Source of the DNA: a virus
DNA length: 64,000 nucleotides
Virus record (IMG/VR): IMGVR_UViG_3300050343_000268
Coordinates: 13,057 to 77,056 of that record
Strand: one strand, 5' to 3'
Shown one piece after another: positions 40,342 to 50,446 of the stretch. The notes beneath the pieces are model-generated. The model was not told the DNA's origin. It saw nothing but the letters and a program-made list of their open reading frames with translations, and did no database searches. The first letter of the stretch is position 1, and the number at the start of each line of letters is the position of its first letter. The position numbers and the translations under genes were made by a program.

Positions 40342-41008
40342 ACGTTACCTTTACGCTCTTCGTAATATTCAAGATCTCTTTGCCAAGAATCACCAGTAAA
40401 CTCATTTAATACTACTCGACCGATATCACGAAAACTATTATAGAAAAGTGAAACTTTGTCTACAGAGGTAATCGTCACATCTACTGGTGGTCCATAGATA
40501 ATAAGGTTCCAGGTTGAAGGGCAGACTGGTTCAAATCCTTTGGCAGTAGCCCTTAGCTGTTTAATACGTTTGAATGGAATACAGAAGGGATAGTCAAGCA
40601 AAGCGGGTGCTGCTCGTAGAATCTCAGATGCATTAGTGAAGAAAACAAAACTATTGATATGGTGATTACGATACTCATTAATTGTTTTATTCAGCCAGAT
40701 GCGAGTTGTACGTACAGCTCCTTTTGGTGCGACAAACACATTCCCATGCCAGTGTTCCTGTAATGGGTTAGCTTCTACAGACGGTACAGAAGTAGCATCG
40801 ACAAGCACTTGTTGTACAGGGTCAGAAGTAGGATCAAAGTCAATTGATCCCATGACAGTACGTGCACGTTCAATGATTTGAGGGGTGGGTATAACGGGAG
40901 TTTTAATCCAGAAGCTTTTAGCTTATCCGCTAAATTCTGCTGTGATCGCTCTGAGGCTTTCTTGGCCCCCTCCTGCTTCGAGACTAAATGTTCTTGTTCC
41001 AGCATCAC
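40338..41008 (-). CDS. Phage N6-adenine DNA methyltransferase-like protein with NPPY replaced by APKG (indel near 40887)
   Basis: TPQIIERARTVMGSIDFDPTS, WHGNVFVAPKG, DYPFCIPFKRIK. Confidence 0.7.
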
Positions 41009-41345
41009 TGATCAATGTAATTAATACGTTTTTAGACCAGTCATTCTCGTCAATTTCCTCAAGCAGTGAACGCAAAAACTCCACAATTTCTGTATCCTCT
41101 TCGCGTTCAGCAGAGACTAAATCAGATTCAACATCATGGCCTGACATATATGTTGTGGAGTCGTTAACTAAATTGATGACTAAGGAGCCGGCACCTGAGG
41201 TTTCAACTCCATTCATAGCAACGTTGATTAAGTCTGTAAGAATAAGTTCAGCAGTAGCAGCCAAAAACTTTTGTTCATTGGTTTTTTCTTCGCCGAATTT
41301 ATCGGATTGAAGAAGTTGCTGAAGTAAATCTGTACGTCTAGACAT
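40923..41345 (-). CDS. Hypothetical acidic protein
   Basis: 140 aa ORF. Confidence 0.6.
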   Translation of the reverse strand: MSRRTDLLQQLLQSDKFGEEKTNEQKFLAATAELILTDLINVAMNGVETSGAGSLVINLVNDSTTYMSGHDVESDLVSAEREEDTEIVEFLRSLLEEIDENDWSKNVLITLISDAGTRTFSLEAGGGQESLRAITAEFSG

Positions 41346-41377
41346 AATTGAATGACTCTTTGTTTAGGATAAGTAAT

Positions 41378-42193
41378 TTAAAATTCTTCTGTGGGGTTTT
41401 CATCGTTTTCCTCGTTATCAGTTGGAGCACGAAACAAACCAGGATTAGAAGGTTCTGTTTGAGAGATATGTTTGCCAGCTAAAATATCGGTCATAACAGC
41501 TTCAAACCTATCAACATACTGCGTGTTTGGATCTAGCAAGAGCGCTGCCCTAGCTTCGATTTCAGCAGTATCATCTTTCTTCTGCTCCTCTTTAATTGCT
41601 TCTTCAATTACATATTCTTGTACTTGTTGACGTAACGTGTGTAATTGACAAGCTAGTTCAAAGGAATCGACGTAACTGTCTTGATCTACAAATACTCCAA
41701 CGTGTTGAGGAATCAGATGGAAAGGGTTGCAGCAATACTTTTCACCACAGGTAGTCTTTACACCAGTAAAACCTAAGTCTCCCCATGTGAACCACATAGC
41801 TACACGTTGTGGGTGATGTTGAGTTGAGGTAGAGATACCAGGCCTGCGCCATGCAAACTGAGGCTGCTTGGTTCTAGGATTTACTACTCCGTTCCACATC
41901 CAGCATTCGTCTGGTTGACCAATATCAACTTGTGACCAAAACTTGAGTGCTTTATTCCTGTATTTTTTCATCAAGCGATCAATATCAAATGACAACATGC
42001 CTTCCCTTGCGGAGCTTACGCATCGCACACAGGCCTGATGGCTGTCATAGCGCATTGAGTGAGAACTAAATCTACCAAGAGAGTGACCACTGTAGATACA
42101 CAGTTCGCCTTCTTCAGCAGTATTGGACATTTGCAAATGGCGTCTACCGTAAGCATGTCCTCCTCTTCGTTTATTAGGTTGAGCTTCAGCCAT
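41378..42193 (-). CDS. HNH-endonuclease-like protein lacking the catalytic His
   Basis: KFWSQVD..DECWMWNG, PQRVAMW (for AHR), VKTTCGEKYCCNPFHL (for VxHxCDNxxCVNPxHL). Confidence 0.65.
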   Translation of the reverse strand: MAEAQPNKRRGGHAYGRRHLQMSNTAEEGELCIYSGHSLGRFSSHSMRYDSHQACVRCVSSAREGMLSFDIDRLMKKYRNKALKFWSQVDIGQPDECWMWNGVVNPRTKQPQFAWRRPGISTSTQHHPQRVAMWFTWGDLGFTGVKTTCGEKYCCNPFHLIPQHVGVFVDQDSYVDSFELACQLHTLRQQVQEYVIEEAIKEEQKKDDTAEIEARAALLLDPNTQYVDRFEAVMTDILAGKHISQTEPSNPGLFRAPTDNEENDENPTEEF

Positions 42194-42430
42194 TTAGTTC
42201 TCTGATTTGGTACTAGCAAACGTGCCGCCCAATGCTGGGTATTGATCATCGGCTGGCAATGCAGTCAATTGATGGTTAATCATGTATTCATAACGTGTGC
42301 TATTTTCATACTTTATACGAACAAGTTTAGTGTTGGGGGTGTAGTACTCAGGCTTACCTACAACAAGCGCTGTCATGTCATTAGAAGACACACGTACCCG
42401 CAATCCAATCTGAATATCTGATGATTTCAT
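42194..42430 (-). CDS. Small SH3/KOW-like protein
   Basis: DIQIGLRVRV..ALVVG..VRIKY. Confidence 0.5.
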   Translation of the reverse strand: MKSSDIQIGLRVRVSSNDMTALVVGKPEYYTPNTKLVRIKYENSTRYEYMINHQLTALPADDQYPALGGTFASTKSEN

Positions 42431-42450
42431 TTATAAAAAATATATAGTGT

Positions 42451-44674
42451 TTAAAAGTCGTTGAGAATATGATCGTCAGTTAATGGATCGTCAGTAGGAC
42501 GAATCCATAGTCGAACTGATTTAACCTTATTCGTAACAGGATCTTTGCGTGAAGTGTTTAATCGTCTCCAGCCAAGTGTTTGTAAAACATCAGCTACTCG
42601 ACGAGCTTCGCGTCGTCCTTGCTGCCTGGGGTCAAGGTCAAGTGCTTTGGTAAGAACCTCAGCAGCTGAAACCTCTTCTTTCAGACTGACGTAATGACTA
42701 ATCTTTTCCATCCAAGGATCTGGATCGCCAAACTCTTGGATGTACTCAGCGATCTGAGCGATCTCACCGCTATTGAATTCATATGAATTGCCATCACGAT
42801 AAGCTTGAACAGCTGATGCCCATAGGGAATCACGTTCTTCACTAATCTGCTTCCAAGGAATTAAGAAGCCGCTGCCGATCTCAAGAGGTACAAAGCGGCG
42901 ATTGCCTGTACTATCAACGAGAAACTGGTTACGATTAGTCGTGCCAATCATAACAAAGCGACGAAGTAGTCGCTCAGGAAGACTAGCATATGGTCTTCTT
43001 ACTTCATCACAACGTGTTGTAATTAGGTTCTTGAAGTTCTCAATGTTGCGTGATTGGAAGAAGTGGTCAATCTCAGGGAGCTCTAGCAACCAAGCAACGT
43101 GCAACCTGTATTGCTCTTTCATTAAGGTCTCTAATGGAGTAGAGACTTCAGCAAAGAGCTTCTCAGGGACAAGACTACGGCTAAACATTGACTTACCTAC
43201 ACCTTGAGCACCAACTAAGATTGGGAGCCAGGACATAGAACAGCCAGGGTTATAAGCACGAGCTACTGCACCAATCATCATGCGCTGCATGGCAAGCGTT
43301 GACAGATGATTTTTGTTGCCTAAGAACACTTCACCAATACGATCCCAATCTTTATGTGGGATGGCGTGAGCGGAGCAAGAATCCAAGTAACGTCTAATAG
43401 GGCAGTACCTGTTCTTACCAGCTGCGTATTGAATGGCAGCTTTTATACGCTGCTTCAGGAATAAAGACTCCGTGCTCGCAAGCAAGCTTGGTAGTCATTA
43501 AGTCAAGGTCATTACCCTCTAGCTCAATGGTTTTACCATTAGCGTCGTCATATTCAATTGCCCCTGTAAGTTCGTTCTTACGAAGGTTAGTCAAAATTTC
43601 TTTGACCTTTTTTACATCGTCTTCGCGCTCTTTAGCAGCATCACTGCCTGAACGCTTGGGTCTACCTTTTGTTCTTTTAGCTTGAGAAGCATCAGGTATG
43701 GGCTCAAATTCAGGATCCAATTTCACCTCCAGGTTATTAATTACATCATCAAAGTTTGGTAGAGCATCAAATTCTATGTAGCCTACCGCCGATCCAACAG
43801 CACCAAAGCGTAACTCTGGCGGTAATTGTGATGACCAACTACTGCTTTGTCTTTTTGCTAGTGAGTATAACTTAGCAGGTCCACTATGATTACCGAGACC
43901 GCGCCATTTAAATGGTTGAATATTCTCACGTTTCTCGCCGTGATGTCCACGCAATACCCAGTCAACCCAGTCATCAAACACAGGCTGACCAATAGCTGCA
44001 CAGGCAGCCATAACAGGTACATAGCGAGTTTCATACTCGCCATCTTCTGATGGTACTAAGAAGTTTCTTAGTAACCACTGACAACGCTTGATGTCTGCAT
44101 CAGTTACGTCTGAAGCAACAAAGTCTGTTGGATCATCGTAATCAATGTCAGTTAGCAGAAACTCAGGGACTAATGCATCTGCATTGATAAGCCATTCAGC
44201 CTTGGTGTTGCCATACCAAAGCCGCTCAGGCTTCTGTCCGCAGTTATCTTTGATTGTCTCAATACCAAGGTCAGCAAATAGTCTGTTGACTACAAGCCAG
44301 TAAGCACCGCGATGCTGTGACGTGGTCTTAAGTTCTAGCTCAAGGGGAAACAAAGCACGGAACCTGTGCTCTGATTCGGTATGACTAGCAGTGGTATAAG
44401 TAGCAACACACCAGTTACGGGCAGTATCTGTATTCCAAAATGCATCGAGGGTAGTGTCGCCATCGATATCTACAACAACTAAGTTGCTGCCTGATGCATT
44501 ATCAACACGTCTGTGCCTGCCAACAAAATGAGTGGCGCACCAGCCATAGCCAGCTTCCACCCATCCTCGTAGCCATGTGAGACTTTCTTCAATGTTTAAC
44601 CAGCCCTGAGCTGGTTGCTTTTCTTTGTTGCGGCAGTCTTTATGAACTGCAATCCGCAGCTTCATTATTGTCAT
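42451..44674 (-). CDS. Primase (PriCT-2-containing) fused to VirE/VapE-type helicase; indel near 43450
   Basis: VVDID, YTTASH..HRFR, KPERLWYG; Walker A GAQGVGKS, ELPEID, GTTN, DSTGNRRF. Confidence 0.85.
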
Positions 44675-45416
44675 CCTCTGGATATAGTTCGTGGAACATT
44701 TTTGCTCTTTTTAAAAAGCGTGATTCATAGAGTTCAAGCTGGTCTCCATCAATGAAGATCGCTTGAGTTGTCTCTTCAGTGGCTACCAAAATCAGTGCCA
44801 CGTCACATAGAAACCCGACACGCTCGTTCAATGCGTATCGATATGCAGCCATCTGCTGCGCACACTTTTGAAACTTTCTCCATCCGCCATACCCGACACG
44901 ATCACCTCTGTCTGGTGAAAAGGCGGAGTATGGGCCATTGCTGGTTTTGAAGTCAGCAATTACTTTTACACCACCAATCTCTCCAATGAGATCAGGGCAT
45001 CCAGCAAATAAATGTTCAGTACTCCAGACATATGCGACTTCTTTGTCATCACTACGTAAGTTATTCCAGTCAGGGCGAAGTGGTCGCTCAGACCAATGAA
45101 TTGTATCAAACCAATCTAGGTATTGGGATAACCCATTCCAAAATGGTTGATATTCTTCAGGTACTCCTGGATCTAACCCACGTAGATAATTTTCACACCC
45201 AAGGTGAATAGCAGTGCCACGTGTCGCAGCAGCTTCTAGCGCACCTGGGTTTTTGTCCTGCCACTGCCGCAAGCCTGCTTTCGACTTTTCACTTTCAGTA
45301 CCTGAAAGGACGGTCGTGACTGACGGCATGTAGAGACCCGAACATAGATATTTGCGGTGTCCTGCCGACGTCTGTATACGATAAGGCTTATCATGAGTGG
45401 TTGAGTTTGTCATCAA
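44640..45416 (-). CDS. PD-(D/E)XK exonuclease
   Basis: PSVTTVL, RGTAIH, GCPDL, ADFKTS, QMAAY. Confidence 0.85.
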   Translation of the reverse strand: MMTNSTTHDKPYRIQTSAGHRKYLCSGLYMPSVTTVLSGTESEKSKAGLRQWQDKNPGALEAAATRGTAIHLGCENYLRGLDPGVPEEYQPFWNGLSQYLDWFDTIHWSERPLRPDWNNLRSDDKEVAYVWSTEHLFAGCPDLIGEIGGVKVIADFKTSNGPYSAFSPDRGDRVGYGGWRKFQKCAQQMAAYRYALNERVGFLCDVALILVATEETTQAIFIDGDQLELYESRFLKRAKMFHELYPEDDNNEAADCSS

Positions 45417-45799
45417 TAATCTGATTCTTGTTCTACGCTTTGTGCAAAGTTTTGACTGTACGTTGGGCCTTGGCTAAATTCCTGCCCTTGAGCATTGCTT
45501 TCGGGTGACGGTTGAAACATTTGATATAAAGTCCCCACTGCCTGACCAACTGCATCAACAACATTTGAATTTGCATCAAGTTGCTGTTTTAATTCATTCA
45601 CTTCTTGGCGAAGTGCAATGATGTGATCCATCAAGGAAGGTGGCTTAACTACCTGTGGTTGTTGTGCAGCAACTGGTGCTGGTTGAGTTGGTGCAGCTGG
45701 TGCGTTATCTCCAGGCACTTGTCCAGCCATGATTTGAGCCAGACGAGCTTGCATTTCTGGAGGTAGATTTTGTAATGCAGGTGAAATTGGTTGAGACAT
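45413..45799 (-). CDS. Hypothetical Q/P-rich coiled-coil protein
   Basis: 128 aa ORF. Confidence 0.55.
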   Translation of the reverse strand: MSQPISPALQNLPPEMQARLAQIMAGQVPGDNAPAAPTQPAPVAAQQPQVVKPPSLMDHIIALRQEVNELKQQLDANSNVVDAVGQAVGTLYQMFQPSPESNAQGQEFSQGPTYSQNFAQSVEQESDY

Positions 45800-45801
45800 A
45801 A

Positions 45802-46542
45802 TTAAAATTCAGTATTATCTTGTTCTGGTGCTTGGCTAGATACAGTTGGTGCAACTACAGCGCCTCGCTTATCTTGTCCGCCAGCCGGGAGACCTTTTTC
45901 GTCAGTTGAACGTCCATCAAAAGGATCCTTTCCTTCAAAGAAGTTGGGGAGCCAAATACTATCTCGTGAGGTCTGCCATTCCTTAATAATTTTCTCCGGT
46001 ACTTTACGTACCTTTGGAAGGATTGAATATGTAGTTTCCAACCCAGCTCCCTTACGGCTGATTTTAATCGAAAAGTTTGCCAAACCTTCCTCTGTCCAAG
46101 TGTAATCTTCAATTTCTTGAAGGACTTCTGTAAGTTGATCACGGATTGATTTCTGCTCAATGAATAAAACTTCTAATCTTCCACGAGTTGCTGAGGTAGC
46201 AACCCATGCAAGGAAACGACGGGGCTTGACATAACTTCCATCGATTTTTGGTCGATCTGGTTTGGACCAGTCGGTCTCACGGGCAATGTCAGCAGGAGAA
46301 CCAGGGTGGCTCCTAGTAACGACGTAGCCATTAAAACGGAGGTCACCGGTCTTGGGATCCTTGATTTCTGATGCGTACTGCCATCCAGTGATTGCATGTC
46401 CGGTGTCGTAGCATCCAAGCAAACGAAATTCTTCGGATTCTCCATCTTTAAGTGAGCTAGGTTTCCAGTATGGTTGTGCTTCTTTAGTTTCAATTTTATC
46501 TTTAGTTTCCAGTAATTCTGGAGGTAGGACTTGAAGTGTCAT
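45802..46542 (-). CDS. Probable ssDNA-binding/annealing protein
   Basis: LKDGESEEFRLL, IKISRKGAGLETTYSILP, acidic/Phe C-terminus; beside the exonuclease. Confidence 0.6.
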   Translation of the reverse strand: MTLQVLPPELLETKDKIETKEAQPYWKPSSLKDGESEEFRLLGCYDTGHAITGWQYASEIKDPKTGDLRFNGYVVTRSHPGSPADIARETDWSKPDRPKIDGSYVKPRRFLAWVATSATRGRLEVLFIEQKSIRDQLTEVLQEIEDYTWTEEGLANFSIKISRKGAGLETTYSILPKVRKVPEKIIKEWQTSRDSIWLPNFFEGKDPFDGRSTDEKGLPAGGQDKRGAVVAPTVSSQAPEQDNTEF

Positions 46543-46607
46543 TATTTATTATTAGTAGACTCTTCAAATGTAAGATATATAATATATAAATGTGAGCTCC
46601 AGTAATT

Positions 46608-46919
46608 ATGCGATTAGCAGGTATATTTGCCGAACAATTAGGCACCCCTCTCCATGTATCAGCGGCAGATGCACCAATTAATTATGGAGTAATTGGAAGT
46701 GAAATAGGTCACACAGCTGGGGTACTCGATGGATTAAAAGAATATGGCAATGCACTATTGTCTCCTTTTACTGGTGGGTTTAACCAACCATTAGGAGAAA
46801 CAGATCTCTATGGACGCAACCCAGATGGTTCTGGAAGATCAATGGGTGAAGCAATGGAATACATAGAAAAAGGTGTTAGAAACCGTGAGGATGCCGTAAG
46901 AATGCTGTTAAAAAAGTAA
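46608..46919 (+). CDS. Hypothetical protein
   Basis: 103 aa ORF with upstream TATAAT. Confidence 0.5.
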   Translation: MRLAGIFAEQLGTPLHVSAADAPINYGVIGSEIGHTAGVLDGLKEYGNALLSPFTGGFNQPLGETDLYGRNPDGSGRSMGEAMEYIEKGVRNREDAVRMLLKK

Positions 46920-46978
46920 GCATCTATAAATGAAGCGGTTAAGGGTATCTAATCGCTTCATACTCATCTATTAAAAAA

Positions 46979-46994
46979 GCCGGTGTTAGCCGGC
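46979..46994. repeat. CCGG-N6-CCGG hairpin, copy 2 (followed by T6 on - strand, terminator-like)
   Basis: GCCGGT-GTTA-GCCGGC. Confidence 0.85.
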
Positions 46995-47001
46995 AATGGT
47001 T

Positions 47002-47662
47002 TTAATAGTCAGGTGTTGGATCAACTTCGGTATATCCTGCTGCTGAACCACTTGATTGTGGATTAGTTGACTTTCGCGGTTGTTCTTGACGTGTGCTGAA
47101 ATCGGTTGCAACGATTGCGCGATATGGACTATCGGAATCATCTTTACGATATTCACGGATATAGCCTTGTACACAAATAGCGCGACCTTTACGCACACGA
47201 TCAGTAAGTTTTTTAAGGCGTGACTCGTGCGCTTCAAGATACAGCCAAGTTGTCACACTAGAGTTGTCTAGTGTTGTTCCAATCTTGACTGCGACTGTAC
47301 CATTCTTGCGTTCTTTAATTTCATCACTACCAAAGAATGCATTACCAAGAACGACTTGGTTGCAGTACATATCTTGAGGGATATTAGTTTCAATAGTCGT
47401 AACAATTAGATCTAGTGGCTTGGCAGTATCGTCACTGAAAACGATATTACCGGTAATCAATGCACGTGTACCTGGCTTCCAACCTTGGAACGTTGTAAGT
47501 TTTGCACCTGCCCTGTCATAGCAGAGGAGCCTGAGTTTAACTTCTGATCCACTGCTGCCAGCGGGCACCACAGCGTCAGCACCCCTATAGTCCAACCCAT
47601 AAGCGTTGATCGGATCATTAATTGGGCGATTTGAATTCAACGGTTGCTGCTATAAAGTTCAT
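47002..47662 (-). CDS. ssb: Tandem OB-fold single-stranded DNA-binding protein (indel near 47630)
   Basis: NQVVLGN, TTWLYLEA, RKGRAICVQGYIREY, acidic tail. Confidence 0.7.
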
Positions 47663-47703
47663 TTAGACAGATATAGATATTATCAGTCTTAATCTTACGC
47701 AGT

Positions 47704-48347
47704 TTAGTAGTTAATTGTGGGATGTGGCCACATTGCTTCTGTAATTGTTGGCAGTTTTTCTCGAATAATCTCCATTGCATTTAGTGCAATTTGTGTATGC
47801 TCCCATTGGGTGCCATGCCAACTTCGCAAGTCGATGTAATGCAGCCAACTACGGATTGTGCCCGACATATACAGCCTAGTTTTGGTGTTCATAGGCAGAA
47901 CTGCACGTGCACACTCCTTAGCAACGCCTGCATCAAGCATCCGTTCGTGAGTTTCATGCCTTCACAAAAGTGAATTGAGCAATATCTGAGCCGAAGTTCT
48001 CATTAACCGACTGTGGTATGTCGTCAATTGAGTTCTGACGGTTGACTACGTCTTGCCTACGAAGATGTGGAAGTTCAAATTCAGTAGCAACTGCATAGCG
48101 TTGACTAAATTCTTGAAAAGAAAATGAACGATGTCTTAAGATCTGCGGTGCAATCGCTCGTGTTGTCTCAATCTCTAAGCACATGGAAGCCATTTCAAAC
48201 GGGCTCCAGTGCTTGTGCTTAATTAAGATACTTAAGAAGACCAACAACGTTAGGATTGTCTTCGTTAGCTGGGTTTGAAACCCTAGCAATTTTACCGATT
48301 AGTTTTTCAGCGTCTGGAGTAATCCAAACAAGTTTGGCGTCATGCAT
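47704..48347 (-). CDS. thyX: Flavin-dependent thymidylate synthase (two indels)
   Basis: [48 protein letters not shown]. Confidence 0.93.
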
Positions 48348-48395
48348 AAAATTATATAATAGTTACAATTAATCTAGAGAATATTTTGATTTGTT

Positions 48396-49091
48396 ATGGC
48401 GTTTGGAAATTATAGACCAAAGAGTGCATTGGCTATGCGCTTTGGCAATGAAGATCGTAAAGCAGGAGATGTTTGGTATGGTGGCTATACTCCTTCAAGT
48501 AAAAGCAATAGCAGCAATAAAACTAGTGAATCTTCGTTGAAATTGGGGGTTAAAGATTCTACGAGGAATTATGGTGGCCCCACTAAGGAGTCCGAAGCCG
48601 CTAAAGCTGAGCAAATAACAAAAGCCGCTAAAGTTTCAGAGCCTTTAGTAAATGGCGGGTTTACAAACGATAAAAGCCCACAACCAGTAACTTACGACGA
48701 AGATCAATATAGATACTATGTGAGTGACTTTGGTACAGGAACTGGGGCTGAAGCATATTCAACAGATATGGAAAATTACCAAGGGTGGGTAGACATGAAC
48801 AATGGTGATGGAGGTGCAGCTGGTCATCTGGGGTTAGTAGCTCAAATGATGCATCCTGATTGGGGACGTTCACAGAGAGCTGGTGGTGGGGCTGAAGCAC
48901 CTGTAGCGCAAGACTATGCGACTAAACCTAACTTTGCACCTGGAAGCAAACAAGCAGCGGTATTTGAGAGAGATTTCCCCGGTGCATTCGGAGGCAACGA
49001 TGAAAGTTATCAAGGTAAAAAGGTACAAAAAGGATTGCAAATGCCGGATAAATACGGAAGGGTGCGTCCAAAGTACAAAGGTTGGAATTAA
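48396..49091 (+). CDS. Hypothetical protein
   Basis: 231 aa ORF on + strand. Confidence 0.55.
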   Translation: MAFGNYRPKSALAMRFGNEDRKAGDVWYGGYTPSSKSNSSNKTSESSLKLGVKDSTRNYGGPTKESEAAKAEQITKAAKVSEPLVNGGFTNDKSPQPVTYDEDQYRYYVSDFGTGTGAEAYSTDMENYQGWVDMNNGDGGAAGHLGLVAQMMHPDWGRSQRAGGGAEAPVAQDYATKPNFAPGSKQAAVFERDFPGAFGGNDESYQGKKVQKGLQMPDKYGRVRPKYKGWN

Positions 49092-49380
49092 TCTTAACTT
49101 TTTACATAGCTAGACAGTAGAACTCTCAATTGTTTTACTGTCATTTTATCGAGTTGCTTGTCAATATATTCAAGTAGCTTTTGCTTATAATCAGCTTTGT
49201 TCATTTAGCTTTTCGGTTAGCCTATCTAATTCAAGAACTTGCTCAGCATGGTATTTCCTCCATGAGCTTAATGCAAGTTTAAAAGCTTCGACTAGATTGT
49301 CGCCATATGCAGGCGCATCATAAGAGGCATCGGCGATAATATCAGAGAACATTTCTACGTAATGTTCTTTGCTTCCATAA

Positions 49381-49722
49381 TCAATCATCATTTGTTTCTC
49401 CTGTTTTAATTTTTCCGTATAGATTTGGGCGTACATTGCCGTAGCCAGATCTTATATCTAATACACTACCGTTTTGTGATTTAAGTTTATCGTGGTAGGC
49501 ATCAAATATGTCAACCTTAGTGTAGCCACGTACAGCGTCATATAGAGTCTTGCCACCTAATACATACATAACAATGTGTATATCAGTTGGCAAGCCTTTG
49601 TCGTCAAATAGATCTGGGTTTATTTCTTGTGCGTGTACTTGGATTTTATTTAGTTCTTTAGCTGTAAATTGAAGCATTAATAGCTTATGCGTATTGAGGT
49701 AGGTTTTGGTTGGCAGTCTCAA
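49381..49722 (-). CDS. Hypothetical protein
   Basis: LPTDIHIV..DAVRGYTKVDIFDAYHD..YGNVRPNLY. Confidence 0.55.
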   Translation of the reverse strand: MRLPTKTYLNTHKLLMLQFTAKELNKIQVHAQEINPDLFDDKGLPTDIHIVMYVLGGKTLYDAVRGYTKVDIFDAYHDKLKSQNGSVLDIRSGYGNVRPNLYGKIKTGETNDD

Positions 49723-50428
49723 AAAACGCCGGCATTCTGCTAGCTCTAGTGTCTGCTAGTCCAACAGCTTTCCCTGATGTGTAGAGGCTATCCGAACATC
49801 CCATCCAGAAGTTTGACGAGAGATGTTTGTGATCAGCTTCCCCTTTGAGGGATTGAAGAGTCCAAGCAATCGTAGCTCTTCTAAGCTTATCGAGCTCTTT
49901 GTCAGTCTTAAGACCGAGCTCTTGGCAGACGATTGTGTTCGCCGCGACGTGTGTTGTTTCGTCCCGGCTAATATCTGCAGAAGTGGTGCGTAATCCTGTA
50001 TCTCCGAGGAATCGGAATATGGGCAGGAGCACGAAGAACACAGACCGTTCGAGGACGACTGCTTTGAGAACAGGGTGCCTGTCAAGTTCGAGCCACGCCT
50101 TAGTAATGCGAGCAGCTTCCTTCTCAAATTGAGCGGGGATCTTATGTGCTTCAGCCGCGAAATTAAGGGCAATGTCATGCTTTTCCTCATCTTTTACGTT
50201 AGATAACAGCAGCTCTCTACAGCCTTCAGCTTCAGTGCCTTGTGGCAGCTCGCCTTTCATAGCCTGTGAAATAAAATCTCCAACTGGGATTTCTAGGCTC
50301 CGCAAAGACAGTGCTCGTTGCACTGCTTCTTCACCACCAGCTAATAGCTGACCAGCAGATACTTGAACTGGGGTCCATGTACGCTTGCGCTGATGAAGGT
50401 GGATGTATTTAGTAGCTGCTTTGGTCAT
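49685..50428 (-). CDS. nrdB: Ribonucleotide reductase small (beta, ferritin-like) subunit
   Basis: WTPVQ, LRSLE, DEEKH, VLERSVFF, DISRDETTH; adjacent to the alpha subunit. Confidence 0.8.
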   Translation of the reverse strand: MTKAATKYIHLHQRKRTWTPVQVSAGQLLAGGEEAVQRALSLRSLEIPVGDFISQAMKGELPQGTEAEGCRELLLSNVKDEEKHDIALNFAAEAHKIPAQFEKEAARITKAWLELDRHPVLKAVVLERSVFFVLLPIFRFLGDTGLRTTSADISRDETTHVAANTIVCQELGLKTDKELDKLRRATIAWTLQSLKGEADHKHLSSNFWMGCSDSLYTSGKAVGLADTRASRMPAFFETANQNLPQYA

Positions 50429-50446
50429 TTCAATATGTTGTTAGGT

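Noticed and set aside
46910-46961. Third A_AAA_AAG before a stop, with a downstream hairpin
   Set aside because: The -1 frame adds only VSIYK and the hairpin starts 13 nt away between convergent genes, so it is more likely a terminator
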